From assembly GCA_964016885.1 (NCBI GenBank), contig OZ024746.1:62992001-63056000 (forward strand): a stretch of DNA of 64,000 nt. The letters are read 5' to 3'. How positions within the stretch are numbered: the stretch's first letter is position 1; the number at the start of each line of letters is the position of its first letter. This DNA is from Eledone cirrhosa. Lineage: Eukaryota. This document shows positions 13,391 through 27,206 of the stretch, piece by piece. A program made the position numbers and the translations under genes. The notes below the pieces were generated by a model. That model was given only the letters and a program-made list of their open reading frames with translations. It searched no databases and had not been told where the DNA came from.

Positions 13391-13965
13391 AAAATGATAG
13401 TATGTTGGACTTGTGTAAATCCTTGAAAGGTTTATAAAGTATAATTGTTTCTACTTTAGGCACAAGGCCAGCAATTACCCAGTACATTACTGGTACTTTA
13501 TTTTATCGACCCCGTAAGGATGAAAGGCAAAGTTAACCTCAGCGGGATTTGAACTCAGCAACTTATATATATAGTAATTGTTTCTACTTTTGGCACAAGG
13601 CCAGTAAATACCCAGTACATTACTGGTACTTTATTTTATCGACCCCGTAAGGATAAAAGGCAAAGTTAACCTCGGCGGGATTTGAACTCAGAATGGCAAG
13701 GGCCGTAACTCTATGCGTCAAAGCATGGCGTCCGACCCGCTACCAATACTGCCAATTCTTATAAAGTATAATAAAGTATAATAAACCTTTCAAGGATTTA
13801 CACAAGTCCAGCCTCCTGTCATTTCATTATAATATTTAACTCCGTACTCGCACCACCAACTACAAAAACGAAGACGGTTGAGCTGCTTTACGTTGAGTAC
13901 TCTCCATATTATTACATTAAGCTTCACCATACGGAATTGACCAGCTCTATCCAGTGGTGAACCTT

Positions 13966-13968
<3 letters not shown>
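13382..13968. mobile_element. Fold-back mini-element interrupted at its centre by two minus-strand SINEs (13443-13560, 13575-13757)
   Basis: tggacttgtgtaaatccttgaaaggtttat is inverted at ~13780-13810; ttataaagtataat is duplicated around the SINEs; (TA)n on both sides. Confidence 0.7.
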
Positions 13969-14039
<71 letters not shown>

Positions 14040-14307
14040 CTCCAGAAAACTTTTCTGTTGAGTGCTTCTAATCTATTGTAAAACTATATTCATTGATTAA
14101 TCAATGAACCTTGTTTAACTTTGGGTTATATATATATATAATTAAGTAGTAACATGTGCTTATGCCGAATTAGTCTGTTAGTTGGGATTTAAGAAAAACC
14201 CACTGAATGGGTATTGACGTACATGGGACACGAACCCACATGTTTTGTCTGCCGGACCATATATGGAGACACAAAGCCTGCTTTGTGTCTCCATATATAT
14301 ATATATA

Positions 14308-15073
<766 letters not shown>

Positions 15074-15513
15074 ATATATATATCTCATGTGCTTTTTCAT
15101 AATTACACATGATGGCGAACTAGCCAGTTTTAGAATTCCCCTTTTCGGATTATAATACTGTGAGAGCCCTGGTTTCTGTTGAGCTCTGCTGACGATTGAA
15201 ATCCAACCCTGACCATCTCCACTGAAAGTTTTCATGAAATAGTCTTTTAAGACTATACAGAGCATTTGATGTTATTCCAAATTGAAGGATAAGTGTTTTA
15301 AACTTTATTTTATCATGAGTTAAAGGTCTATTGATTTTCCCCTGGATTTCACTAAATTCTGTGGATGAATTTATATCCTGATTCTCTTTTGAGATGAGTT
15401 TGAATTATTTTTCCTAAATCTTACGTTAACTACTTTTCCCATCTTGACGTTATAGTCGCATATATGTTATAGAATACTATTAGCTTCTCGCTAAAACAAT
15501 CTCTATACCTCTC

Positions 15514-15605
<92 letters not shown>

Positions 15606-16261
15606 AATTTCTTTCTATTTATTTATGTATTTATTTCATTTATATATTTGTATAAGAATGATAATTCCTCATTCCAGAAAATCAGATAAAAATTATTGAT
15701 CTACATATCGATTTTTGATTACAGTTGTTTATATTTATATACAAACAATTAACTACATCTTCTTAAGAAAAAGGCTGAGCAATATGATCCTGGGTATTCA
15801 GTTGAAAATATCAATAAACGACAATATCAATAAACCCTATCAGGGAAATATTTACTTATTGATCTCAAATACTTTTAGTAGTACAACATAATGTTAGATG
15901 TAAGATCGAAATATCCGACCTGTTTTAAATCAAGTATTTGATTTCAACACACACATATACACACACATACACACGCATGCACACACATACTCACTCACAC
16001 ACACACACTCACTCACTCACACACGCACACACACTCACTCACATACCCATACACACATATACACACACTCACTCACATATACATGCACACGTGCACACGT
16101 AATCTCATATATGTGTGTATGAGTGTATATGTGTGTGAGTGTGTGTGTGTGTGTGACTGTGTATATGTATATATGTATATATGTGTATGTATATGTATAT
16201 ATGTATATGTATGTATATATGTATATATATATACATATATATACATATATACATATACACA

Positions 16262-16508
16262 CAGAGGAGACTGAGGTTAGCTGGACATGCTCACCGACAT
16301 CCAGAGTTGACATTGCACTCAGTGCTCCTGTGGGAGCCCCTACATGGACACACTAGAAGAGGAAGACCAAGGTTAACGTATGTTGATGCCTTAAGGACAG
16401 ACACTGGTCTGTTGGAGACGCAGGACATGGCAGCGATAATGAGGGACAGAGACCGCTGGAGAGAACTCGTCCATGGATCTCGGGAATTTTACCCGCCTTA
16501 GATAGATG
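16262..16508 (+). mobile_element. RTE-clade LINE 3' fragment
   Basis: RRLRLAGH..RH....LLWEP..RGRPRLTYVD..DRDRWR, stop, then a tagatagat tail. Confidence 0.9.
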
Positions 16509-17153
16509 TATATATGTGTATATATATGGTTACAATAATATTTTTTAGTTAATGAATCTTATCCAATTATATTATATTTTAGAAAATAAGGATTTGATCT
16601 GGTTTCTATAAAAAGGCTAATTTATGGATATATATGTATATATATGTATATATGTATATATGTGTATGTGTGTGTGTGTGTACTTTTGTGTCTGAGAGAG
16701 AGAGAGAGTGTGTGTGTGTATGTGTGTGTATGTGTGTGTGTGTATGTGTGTGTATGTGTATGCGTATGTGTATGTGTGTGTGTGTGTGTGTTCAAAACCC
16801 GTTCTGTTCTACATATTTGTTTTGGGAGTCGAAACCATGGAACGTGTCACAACACAAACAAATATAATTTTATATAAGCTACAATGTCTCCAAATTAATA
16901 ATTAATATTTCACAGAAAGATGACAGGAGGTAATTCTATTTATTTATTTACCAACGGATAAACACTTCTCTGATCGTATATAATTGATAAGATATTTTAA
17001 ATCTCACACAACTTATAATACAACATAGGAGAAGGGCAAATATTTCGTTGAGCAATCTTTGAAAGTTCTGTCTGTATGTCTATTTGTCTGTCTGTCTTTC
17101 TGTATGTATGTATATATGTTTGTATGTATGTATGTATGTATGTATGTATGTAT

Positions 17154-17559
17154 GATGACCCCTTAACCTTTGTCAAGGCAGAATTCTAGGAGAAGGAAAA
17201 CTCTGATATAACACCTGCAACCCTGATGGTATCCAATGATGTTGACTTGTTCTTCTTTTTGGTAAATATCATCTTGGTTAAGAGAGTGGGACTGGCTTTG
17301 TGCAGTGCCTTTGCTCACTATAAAAGCTTCACGGCACAGGCATTGCTTTATATCTGGAGATCTCTCTGCACTTGTCGTCACATGGTACCATGGGCCCAGC
17401 ACTATGTGTCAATAATTGTCACAAGTGTAGTGTTTGTACCAGAGTTTTCAAGTCGCTGGCTGGACTAAAAAGTCACACTCGTTCAGCGTATCGGTAGGGG
17501 TTCTCCTACATGGATATAAAGTAGTGGCCGTACTCGAAAACGAGTTGGCAGCCACCATG
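17154..17559 (+). mobile_element. 5'-truncated non-autonomous RTE-derived element, family 1
   Basis: Matches 37871-38455; flanked by (ATGT)n. Confidence 0.8.
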
Positions 17560-17569
17560 TATGTATGTA

Positions 17570-17792
17570 TGATGTTGACCGGTTCTCCTTTTCGGATAGT
17601 GTTTTCGATGCTCAGAGAGTGGGATTGGTCGAGTGCAAGGCCTTTCCCCACTTAAAATACCTTCAAAGCACAGTCATTGCTTGTTCAGGATCTGTTACAG
17701 GTTCGTGTGACTGGCCGTAGCCTAAAAGTGCACCAAACTCTATAATCTGACAAGCGATTGCAATACTTTCAGCAGAGTTTGCAGCCATCATG
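17570..17792 (+). mobile_element. 3' half of non-autonomous RTE-derived element, family 2
   Basis: Matches ~39873-40093; (ATGT)n tail. Confidence 0.8.
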
Positions 17793-17848
17793 TATGTATG
17801 TATGTATGTGCACATGTTAGAGGGTTACAGACAAAAATATATATGAAT

Positions 17849-18192
17849 ATATAGAGAACACACAAAAGAGTATGTTTTGAATTACGAGGAGTAGATAACG
17901 ACTTGAGTGAAAGGCATAAAGTCTACGAAAAGTGTGGAAAATACATAATAATTAGAAAAGTAAATTAAAATGCACTAAGCCACCTTTTCCAATTATCATG
18001 TATTTTCCACGCCTTTTGTAGACGTTATGCCTTTTCCTTTAGTGGTTCTCTACCCCTCGTAATTCAAAACATACCCTCTTGTGTGTTCTTCTCTATATAT
18101 TACATTATGAAGAGCCCGGTACTTATACCTTGAGCTCATTAAAATATAGGGGATTAAAACGAATCTTTAACTCCGTTTTTTCATTTGATATG
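17849..18192. mobile_element. Diverged fold-back mini-element with a long right tail
   Basis: agagtatgttttgaattacgagg / cctcgtaattcaaaacataccct inverted arms; ends in (TA)n. Confidence 0.65.
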
Positions 18193-18217
18193 AATATATA
18201 TATATATATATATATAT

Positions 18218-18348
18218 AACAAAGGAATTGTGGTAAGGAACCAGATGGACCATAACGCACGAGAGTACTCAATACTTAGGGTAGTAGAGTGGGCAATAGA
18301 AATAGCCGTCGAAACGGCTTGAGCTCTGCCGTCGGGGTCATACTTGTT

Positions 18349-18351
<3 letters not shown>
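18218..18351. mobile_element. Mini-element of the GAGCTC family
   Basis: Reverse-orientation homologue of 14308-14443. Confidence 0.8.
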
Positions 18352-18427
<76 letters not shown>

Positions 18428-18826
18428 TCATACGTGGTTGATTGTTATCGCATAATCAGCGTAAGATGTCATGATTGTTTGTATCGTGACTACATTTTTT
18501 TCAACACAACATTGAGATGGTTTATAGCTGCGTGTAAATTACAATAGCCGTGACCTAAAATAAAGCCACTAAACGAAGGGGCCTCTACTTGGTCAATTGA
18601 CTTGCTAGAAATAAATTTAACTGTCAAATCCTTTTTCTTTTTCTTTGATTTCTTTCGAGATCTTGTTTAATAGGGTAGTGCCTGTTAACACACACCAATG
18701 TATGTGACTCTTACTGCTTGTTCAGAGGTAAGAGAATGTGTGAGGAAAGAGCCTTGACAATTAACAACTAAACAACCATCTGGTTATTAAACTAACCAAC
18801 AGAAAAAATTAGCTATTTAACCAATA

Positions 18827-19013
18827 TGTGTTTCTACATTTGGCACAAGGCCAGCAATTACACAGTGCATTACTGGTACTTTATTTTATCGACCCCGTAA
18901 GGATGAAAGGCAAAGTTAACCTTGGCGGGATTTGAACTCAGAATGGCAAGGACCGTAACTCTATACGTCAAAGCATGGCGTCCGCCCCTCTACCAATACT
19001 GCCAATCCACCGT
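18827..19013 (-). mobile_element. Full-length tRNA-derived SINE with 15-bp TSD
   Basis: TSD gctatttaaccaata on both sides. Confidence 0.9.
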
Positions 19014-19058
19014 GCTATTTAACCAATAATAGTAAATTGAAAGGTAAATAGCTGTGTC

Positions 19059-19346
19059 CAGGGGCCGAGTTTGCCTTAAAAATGTGAGGGGGACAAACCA
19101 ACATTTGTTGATTCTTAAAGGAGCATGTAAGTATTGCTTATGGGGCCTTTCCCGGACCCTATGACATAAGTAAAATTTTACGCTAATTAAATTTTATATA
19201 TTCAAATGAAGTTCAGTTATAAAAAAAAATAAGCTTAGAAAGAATTTATTATATCAAATAAACAAAAAAAAAAAGTGCGTGTGTGTGGGGGGAGGGTTTT
19301 TTTGCCCACTAGCACCCCCCCCCCCCCCCCTGAAACAAGGCCCTTG
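19059..19346. mobile_element. hAT-type MITE
   Basis: caggggcc/ggcccttg termini and a perfect 8-bp TSD gctgtgtc. Confidence 0.8.
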
Positions 19347-19809
19347 GCTGTGTCATAATGTGGTTTTGTGCTATGAGTTCGAATTTTGCATCAGGAATAT
19401 ATGGTGTGGGATACCAGCTTTAGCTGATTATAAAACTTGATGTTAACATCATTTGGCCAACACTAATTATAGACGTTCCACATTGTACAAATGATGTAAC
19501 ATACTCAGCGATGTAGGAGTAAATAGAATATGAGTACTTTTAAGGCAAGGTTGATAAAGGGCTTTTAACATCGCCAGCCTTGTACAAAGGGTGACGTGTC
19601 TTGGGAATTAAACCTAACAGAAACGGTTCCACTCCAGGGTAGAACATAGCCGAGTTCTTTCAGAAAAGGAGAGAAGTTAATGTTTCTAATTTAGCAGCAT
19701 ATTGTTTGGTTTCGTCAATTGGAATACTTCATTTAGGTCAGATTATAGTTTCAAACGGTCACTTACTGATTGTTAGATTGTTAACGTTTTAAGATGAGTG
19801 TCGTCTGCA

Positions 19810-19843
<34 letters not shown>

Positions 19844-19844
19844 A

Positions 19845-19896
<52 letters not shown>

Positions 19897-19900
<4 letters not shown>

Positions 19901-20570
19901 TAAAGTTAGTCCTTCATCAGTGATCTTCCAACCATCATTGGTATTTCATCGCTTTAAAGACCATATACCTCCGGTTGGTGCGAGCAACGGCTAAAAAAAG
20001 TCGTTGGGACACGTAAATAAAGGGGACACGAGTGTAAACAAACAAAAATGGTGAAGCAACGAAAAGTGAGGAAGAAGGAGTCAAGTCCCAAATTTCTATG
20101 AAATTAAATTCGGTGAAATCGTGAACGAGAGAGAATAAAGACCATCAAACCTGGTTGAAATGTGAGCAAGGAAGGAATTTCGTACAGGTCTAACGGGAGG
20201 AAGAAGGGGTCTAGTCTGTGAATTCGGTAAACATAAGTTCTGTGAAATCGTAGACGAGAGAGAGAAAAAATGCCGACCGGCCTGGCCAAGCGTGCGAAAG
20301 AAAAGAATTACGCACAGGTCAAACGGGAAGAAGAAGGAGGAGGAGAGGTAGTAACAGAGAATGAGTGAGTGAAGGGTGAGGAAGAGGCTAACAAAGAGAG
20401 TGACTGCTAGAGAGGGTAAAGATACAGAGAAAGAGGAAGCAGTAAGAACGAAATAGACGGGTAACAGCAGGGGAAAAAATATGTGTAAATATGAGGATAA
20501 ACGAGCTGCGGGGTTGTTAATGGGTTACATATGAATAAAGTTAGTCCTTCATCAGTGATCTTCCAACCAT
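19897..20570 (-). mobile_element. ~670-bp element with a ~40-bp terminal direct repeat, in (TA)n
   Basis: atgaataaagttagtccttcatcagtgatcttccaaccat at both ends; solo terminal piece at 49855-49960. Confidence 0.7.
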
Positions 20571-20721
20571 ATATATATAATTGGATAATTGGAACACATG
20601 TATACTTATATCTGTGTTCATCCCTCTCATATATCCAATTATATTACACGGCTCGGAAAGATTCCCTTCTTTGAGCTATTTAATTGTGAAAGACTATTTT
20701 GAGTTTATAACTCAATCTATG

Positions 20722-20815
<94 letters not shown>

Positions 20816-20905
20816 GATAATATTAAGATAAGCAGAACAAGCAAAATTCAACCAATTTTTTAAAATAAATTAAAAAATATAATTTAAATATTTACCTATC
20901 CTTAT

Positions 20906-20988
20906 GGCCCTTACTGATCAGTTTCGCTTTGTAAAACACCAGAAATCCAATGGATTTCTAATGGAAAATCAAAGTTCATCAGAGAAGC
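20906..20988 (-). ncRNA. Type-I hammerhead motif with long stem II and palindromic loop 3
   Basis: ttct-CTGATGA-a-CTTTG..TTAGAAATCCA/TGGATTTCTGG..CAAAG-c-GAAAC-TGATCA-GTA^-aggg. Confidence 0.75.
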
Positions 20989-21058
20989 ATTTTCCTTTCC
21001 TAGGGCTAAAGACCCAGGAACGATAAAATATATCGCCTTCCGCCAGCTAGCACGGATC

Positions 21059-21133
<75 letters not shown>

Positions 21134-21154
21134 GTATATATATATATATGTATG

Positions 21155-21203
<49 letters not shown>

Positions 21204-21209
<6 letters not shown>

Positions 21210-21620
21210 AAATCAAAAGGTGGTTAAAAGAGTTCCATGTTTTTTATTATGCGCATTTCAAAAACAAATATCATCATGGGATGATATTTGCGCTCTCATC
21301 AGATAAAATAGGGAGACATGATATGAAGCTTAAAAAACACTTGCGAGCAGTGAAGTATCAAATTAACATATGTTGATTTGACACTTCACTGCTCGCAAGT
21401 GTTTTTTAAGCTTCATATCATGTCTCCCTATTTTATCTGATGAGAACGCAAATATCATCCCATAATGATATTTGTTTTTGAAATGCCCATAACAAAATAC
21501 ATGGAACTCTTTTAACCATCTTTTGATTTTATATTATTTATACTCCAGTCCTATAAACTCTAGAGTGCTACTTATCCGATATTTTCATTGCTTTATTGTG
21601 CTACAATAAAACTCACCTCC

Positions 21621-21622
<2 letters not shown>
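21204..21622. mobile_element. Fold-back mini-element (GCGC family) with a hammerhead motif on each arm
   Basis: Hammerheads at 21241-21309 (-) and 21430-21498 (+). The right arm has ~85 nt of extra tail with AATAAA. Confidence 0.85.
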
Positions 21623-21677
<55 letters not shown>

Positions 21678-21745
21678 GTATATATAGGCACATATAGATA
21701 TAAATATATATATATATATATCCATATGTGCCTATATATACGTGC

Positions 21746-21786
<41 letters not shown>

Positions 21787-21792
<6 letters not shown>

Positions 21793-22062
21793 TAAAATAA
21801 CAGATTAAAGTTTAAGCAAAGAATCGCTGCTTTCACCCTTAACGGGATCTTCTGAAACTAACAAAGTCAATCTGTAAACGCAGAACTGGATATTTCAAAA
21901 AACGTTGCAACCGGAGGAAGACAGGAAGACGATACTTTGGTTCGTGGAAACGTTCTCTGGCAAAGAACGGGAAAAAACGAATAATACGTCATTAATAGAA
22001 GCGGTGAAAAACAATTACGCGCAAAGACAGAACCACGTTTATGGTATAAAAGAGGTCGTAAG
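21787..22062 (-). mobile_element. pLTR-like fragment of the 4082 family
   Basis: First ~150 bp nearly identical to 4082-4232, with the same terminus at (TA)n. Confidence 0.75.
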
Positions 22063-22477
22063 TATATATATATATATATCCATATGTGCCTATATATACG
22101 TGCATATAATATATATATATCCATATGTGCTTATGTATGTATGTATGTATGTATATATATATCTATCTACCTATTTACTTAGTTATACCAGCGATTGTTA
22201 GTCTGCTTAAGCTATGTTTACAGACACATGCACACATATACACAGATATACAGGCCTTCAGCTTGAATGGTTTGGATGAAATACTTTTAGCCTATTGGTC
22301 ATGAGTTCATGTTTCGCAACAGCTGTGCTCCGCAATTGTGAAAATTACTCATTTCCTCTACTTGACCTATCGTAGGATGAATGCAATAAATTGGATTAGA
22401 CCTTCAGTATGATATAAGAGACGGTGACTCAGCAATCTTTCAATGCTTAAGGAACAACTAACACACACATACACACA

Positions 22478-22599
<122 letters not shown>

Positions 22600-22600
22600 G

Positions 22601-22783
22601 ACTTCTAAAAGATTAAAAGTGTTTCATTCCTGTGAAATCATTTTCCTGATGATTTCATAAGAATGAAACAGTTTTAATCCTGTAGAAGTAATTTCTATGT
22701 GAAACAAATATTCTTATTCTCTACTAAAGTATTGACTACTTTATTTAAATGTGGGTATTTCCCGATCGTCTTCCGGATACCAT

Positions 22784-22788
<5 letters not shown>
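22601..22788. mobile_element. Small fold-back with a hammerhead-like core and a long right tail
   Basis: CTGATGA-tttc-ataa-gaat-GAAAC at 22646-22669, with an inverted partial copy upstream. Confidence 0.6.
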
Positions 22789-22858
<70 letters not shown>

Positions 22859-22861
<3 letters not shown>

Positions 22862-23038
22862 CGTTTCTGAATTTGTTTAGCAAGATTCTTTATCTGAAAT
22901 CGTGTGTTGAAACCGATATTGTTATATTTTGGGAGGGTCATATTGCCAATAAGAAACACACGCACCATATATAATAAATTGAAGTGAAAGCAACTGGTGC
23001 GTGTGTTTCTTATTGGCAACATGACCCTCCCAAAGTAT

Positions 23039-23044
<6 letters not shown>
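22859..23044. mobile_element. Centre-deleted fold-back of the 59290-59889 family
   Basis: Long arm ends ...cagaaacgaaa(TA)n and short arm ends ...aagtataacaat(AT)n, identical to the ends of 59290-59889. Confidence 0.85.
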
Positions 23045-23100
<56 letters not shown>

Positions 23101-23102
<2 letters not shown>

Positions 23103-23289
23103 CAAAGAGGGTGTGGTTAGATACTAGGTGGACCATAACGCATGAGAGTACTCAATACTTTGGGTAGTAGAGTGGGTAATAGGAAAAGAGTCAGGATCCC
23201 GACGGCTGAGCTCCAGCCGATTCGACAGTCATATCCGAACCAGATCTAGCTGTCGAAACGGCCGGAGCTCAGCCGTCGGGGTCCTGACT

Positions 23290-23292
<3 letters not shown>
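23101..23292. mobile_element. Fold-back mini-element, GAGCTC family
   Basis: cgacggctgagctc...gagctcagccgtcg inverted; long left tail. Confidence 0.8.
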
Positions 23293-23347
<55 letters not shown>

Positions 23348-23487
23348 GGAAAAAATGAAACGAAATTTCATTTCTCACTCGTATACATACTTATATTTAT
23401 TTATATATATATTTATATATATATATAGAGAGAGAGAGAGAGATTTTAACAATTTTAAATGATATGTGTGTATATATATATATATAT

Positions 23488-23698
23488 AACGAAGAAAATG
23501 TGGTAAGGAACCAGATGGACCATAGCGCATCAAAGTACTCAATACTTAGGGTAGTAGAGTGGGTAATAGGAACGAGTAGGACCCCGACGGCTGAGCTCAA
23601 GCCGTTTCGACGGCTAATTCGTCTAGAATTAGCCAGAATCGTCCAGAATTAGCCGTCGAAACGGCTTGAGCTCAGCCGTTGGGGTCCTACTCGTTCCT
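23488..23698. mobile_element. Fold-back mini-element, GAGCTC family
   Basis: GAAAC-GGCT-TGAGCTC-AGCC-GTY hammerhead 3' half on both arms. Confidence 0.8.
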
Positions 23699-24579
23699 AT
23701 ATATATATATATATACACATATATCATTTAAAATTGTTAAAATCTCAAACTCTTTAAGCGCTTCGATAATTAATAAGATTTATAAATTTATACATCTCTC
23801 TCTCTCTCTCTCTCTCTGGGTGTCTGTGTATGGGTATTCCAATGGTTCTGACCTTGAGTGTTTCAGTTGTTTGATCAACAGAACAACCTACTCGTGAAAT
23901 TAGAGTGTAAGTGATTCAGTGTGACACAGTGTTTGATGTGGCTGACTCTTTGAGCCACAGGTACAGTAACTCATTGTTGCCAACTCAGTGGACTGTAGCA
24001 AGGTGAAATAAAGTGATATGCTCTAAGGCACCACGCACCGCTTGAATCTAACTCATGGTGGCTTGATCTGATAGCTATAGCAACCAAATCCTCTTCAAAC
24101 AACTCTTAGATCATCGGAACCTTTGCAATAATACAAAACTCACCTTCAAATATATGGAGAGGAGTCGATCGACATTCGTCAAATCGGACCGAAGAAACAA
24201 TGTTTCCGTTGGTCTTTCCAATTGCTAATACTATCTATCGGTCGCTATTCCAGGTAAAAGGAGTAACGGGAAATAAAGTGTCTTGCTCAAGGACATAACG
24301 CATTAACGCCGGGAATTGAACTCACAACCTCACGATTGCGAATCCAATTCTCTTACCACTCAGCCACGCGTCTTCACACCTTCAAATATAAGATGCTTTA
24401 AATCCTGTATATCAGAACCATAGGACATGTTGATGAAAACAAAAAGTGTTTCATTTACAAAATAGTTTCACCCCAAACTACCAAAACTCACATCTATTTG
24501 TATATGCGCTACAATTTATGTACATGTTATGTTTATCGTATATCGAAGTTTTTTTTAACATCTTGGATGATATTTAATG

Positions 24580-25037
24580 ATGGTTTCTGATTTAGGCACA
24601 AGGCCAGCAATTGTAGGGGAGAGGAAAATCGATTAAATCGACCGCAGTGCATTATTGGTACTTTATAATCGACCCCGTAAGGATGAAAGGCAAAGTTAAC
24701 CTCGGCGCGATTTGAACTCAGACCATAAAGGGTCATAACTCTATGCTGCAAAGCAAGGTGTCGGACGCTCTACTAATTCTGCCAATCCACCGCCTTTTAG
24801 GATGATATTTAATAATGGTTTCTTATATAGGCACAAGGCTAGTAATTTTTTTTTTTTGGGGGGGGGGGAGTCGATTAAATCGACCCCAGTGCGTGACTGG
24901 TACTTTATTTTATCGACCCCATAAGGATGAAAGGCAAAGTTAACCTCGGCGGGATTTGAGCTCAGATCATAAAGAGCCGTAACTCTATGCTGCAAAGCAT
25001 GGCGTCCGACCTCTACCGATACTGCCATCAACCGGCC
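24580..25037 (-). mobile_element. Two tandem SINEs inside a MITE remnant (duplicated at ~28187-28646)
   Basis: SINE core twice; ggatgatatttaat is present three times as flanks. Confidence 0.85.
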
Positions 25038-25198
25038 TTTAGGATGATATTTAATAATAACAGCTAAACTAATCACTACAACTAAATTGACCAAATCCCC
25101 CCCCCCCTCCCCAATTCAGAAACAAATGCTTCCACCGCCCCTGATATAAATGTATCATTTAAGTTTAAATATATATAGGCATCTTAACCTTTATATAC

Positions 25199-25230
<32 letters not shown>

Positions 25231-25492
25231 TAACTCCCCTCCCCACTCCCTCTCGGAGTTCTTCCCTACTTTCCCGATGAAGGACTTCTGTCCAAAACGT
25301 CGTAAACCTCCCCCACTCTCATCAAGCGTGAAGCTAATAACACTATTGACTGCTGCGTTTGTTTGTTTATTTGTCCTTTTGAACTATATATGGAGACATG
25401 ATATGAAGGTGAAAACACACTTGTGAATAGTGCAGTTGATTTAAAACTGCACTATTCACAAGTGTGTTTTAACCTTCATATCATGTCTCCCT

Positions 25493-25561
25493 ATTTTATC
25501 TGACGAAAACGCAAATGTTATTGCATGATGATATTTGTTTTTGAAATGCGCATAATAAAAT
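25493..25561 (+). ncRNA. Type-I hammerhead motif, GCGC family (duplicate at 29106-29174)
   Basis: attttat-CTGACGA-stem II-GAAAT-GCGC-ATA^-ataaaat. Confidence 0.85.
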
Positions 25562-25629
25562 ACCTGGAACTCTTTTAACCATCTTTTGATCTTATATATT
25601 ATATATATTTATTTATATATATATATATA

Positions 25630-25684
<55 letters not shown>

Positions 25685-25687
25685 CAT

Positions 25688-25755
<68 letters not shown>

Positions 25756-25762
25756 CATATAC

Positions 25763-25864
<102 letters not shown>

Positions 25865-25952
25865 CATATATATATATATATATATTTATGTATATGTATA
25901 TATTATATATATATATATATATATTTATGTATATGTATATATTATATATATT

Positions 25953-26096
<144 letters not shown>

Positions 26097-26210
26097 TTCA
26101 GCGCATCGGTAGGGGTTCTCCTACATGGATATAGAGTAGTGGTCGTACTCGAAAACGAGTTGGCAGCCACCATGTATATGTATATGTATATATATATACA
26201 TATACATATA

Positions 26211-26803
26211 CATGGTGGCTGCCAACTCGTTTTCGAGTACGACCACTACTTTATATCCATGTAGGAGAACCCCTACCGATGCGCTGAACGAGTGTGACTT
26301 TTTAGTCCAGCCAGCGACTTGAAAACTCTGGTACAAACACTACACTTGTGACAATTATTGACACATAGTGATGGGCCCATGGTACCATGTGACGACAAGT
26401 GCAGAGAGATCTCCAGATATAAAGCAATGCCTGTGCCGTGAAGCTTTTATAGTGAGCAAAGCCAGTCCCACTCTCTTAACCAAGATGATATTTACCAAAA
26501 AGAAGAACAAGTCAACAACATTGGATACCATCAGGGTTGCAGGTGTTATAGTTTTCCTTCTCCTAGAATTCTGCCTTGACAAAGGCTAAGGGGTCATCTC
26601 TCCCGGTGATTTTGGATGGCCATTGACTCTTAAGAGCTCCTTTGCCCTTTGACAGGTTTTGTTTTTAGACCTGCAGGATGTCCAAAGTCACCCTCCTCAC
26701 CAAGAAACCTTGGTGGGGTTGCCAGTTTAGTCGCCAACGACCCGACCATGAGACAGGTTGTACTGGGATACATGTTACCAGTAACACCAACTGGTGACCT
26801 GAC
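26211..26803 (-). mobile_element. Full-length non-autonomous RTE-derived element, family 1 (duplicate at 29819-30411)
   Basis: RTE-type 5'UTR motif ctaggagaaggaaaact joined to a relic C2H2 finger (CSVCTRVFKSLAGLKSHTRSAH) and an (ATGT)-like tail; no RT. Confidence 0.75.
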
Positions 26804-26844
26804 TTATACATATACATACATAACGTGGAAGATAGATGTTAAAC

Positions 26845-26875
<31 letters not shown>

Positions 26876-27140
26876 ATATACACACACATACATACATATA
26901 TATAGGCAGACATAACAGTCATTTCAAAACGTGACTAAGTTATTTTTATCTGAAGCTGGAAAACTATGCTGAATCTTTGGGTTATTTATTGTAATTATAA
27001 CAACCTTAATTCGTTAATGTAACCGGATTCTTCTGACAAACAGCCTTTGTTGCATCACTTCACATTTAAGAAATTATACACCCACACTTACACAAATACA
27101 TACACACACGCACACACACACACAGATACACACACACACA

Positions 27141-27206
<66 letters not shown>

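Noticed and set aside
15085-15460. Coding-like unique segment
   Set aside because: Interrupted frames and no motif I can recognise; probably a decayed transposon.
18673-18726. Exon with a strong GTAAGA donor
   Set aside because: Stops in all three frames; at most non-coding, and unsupported.
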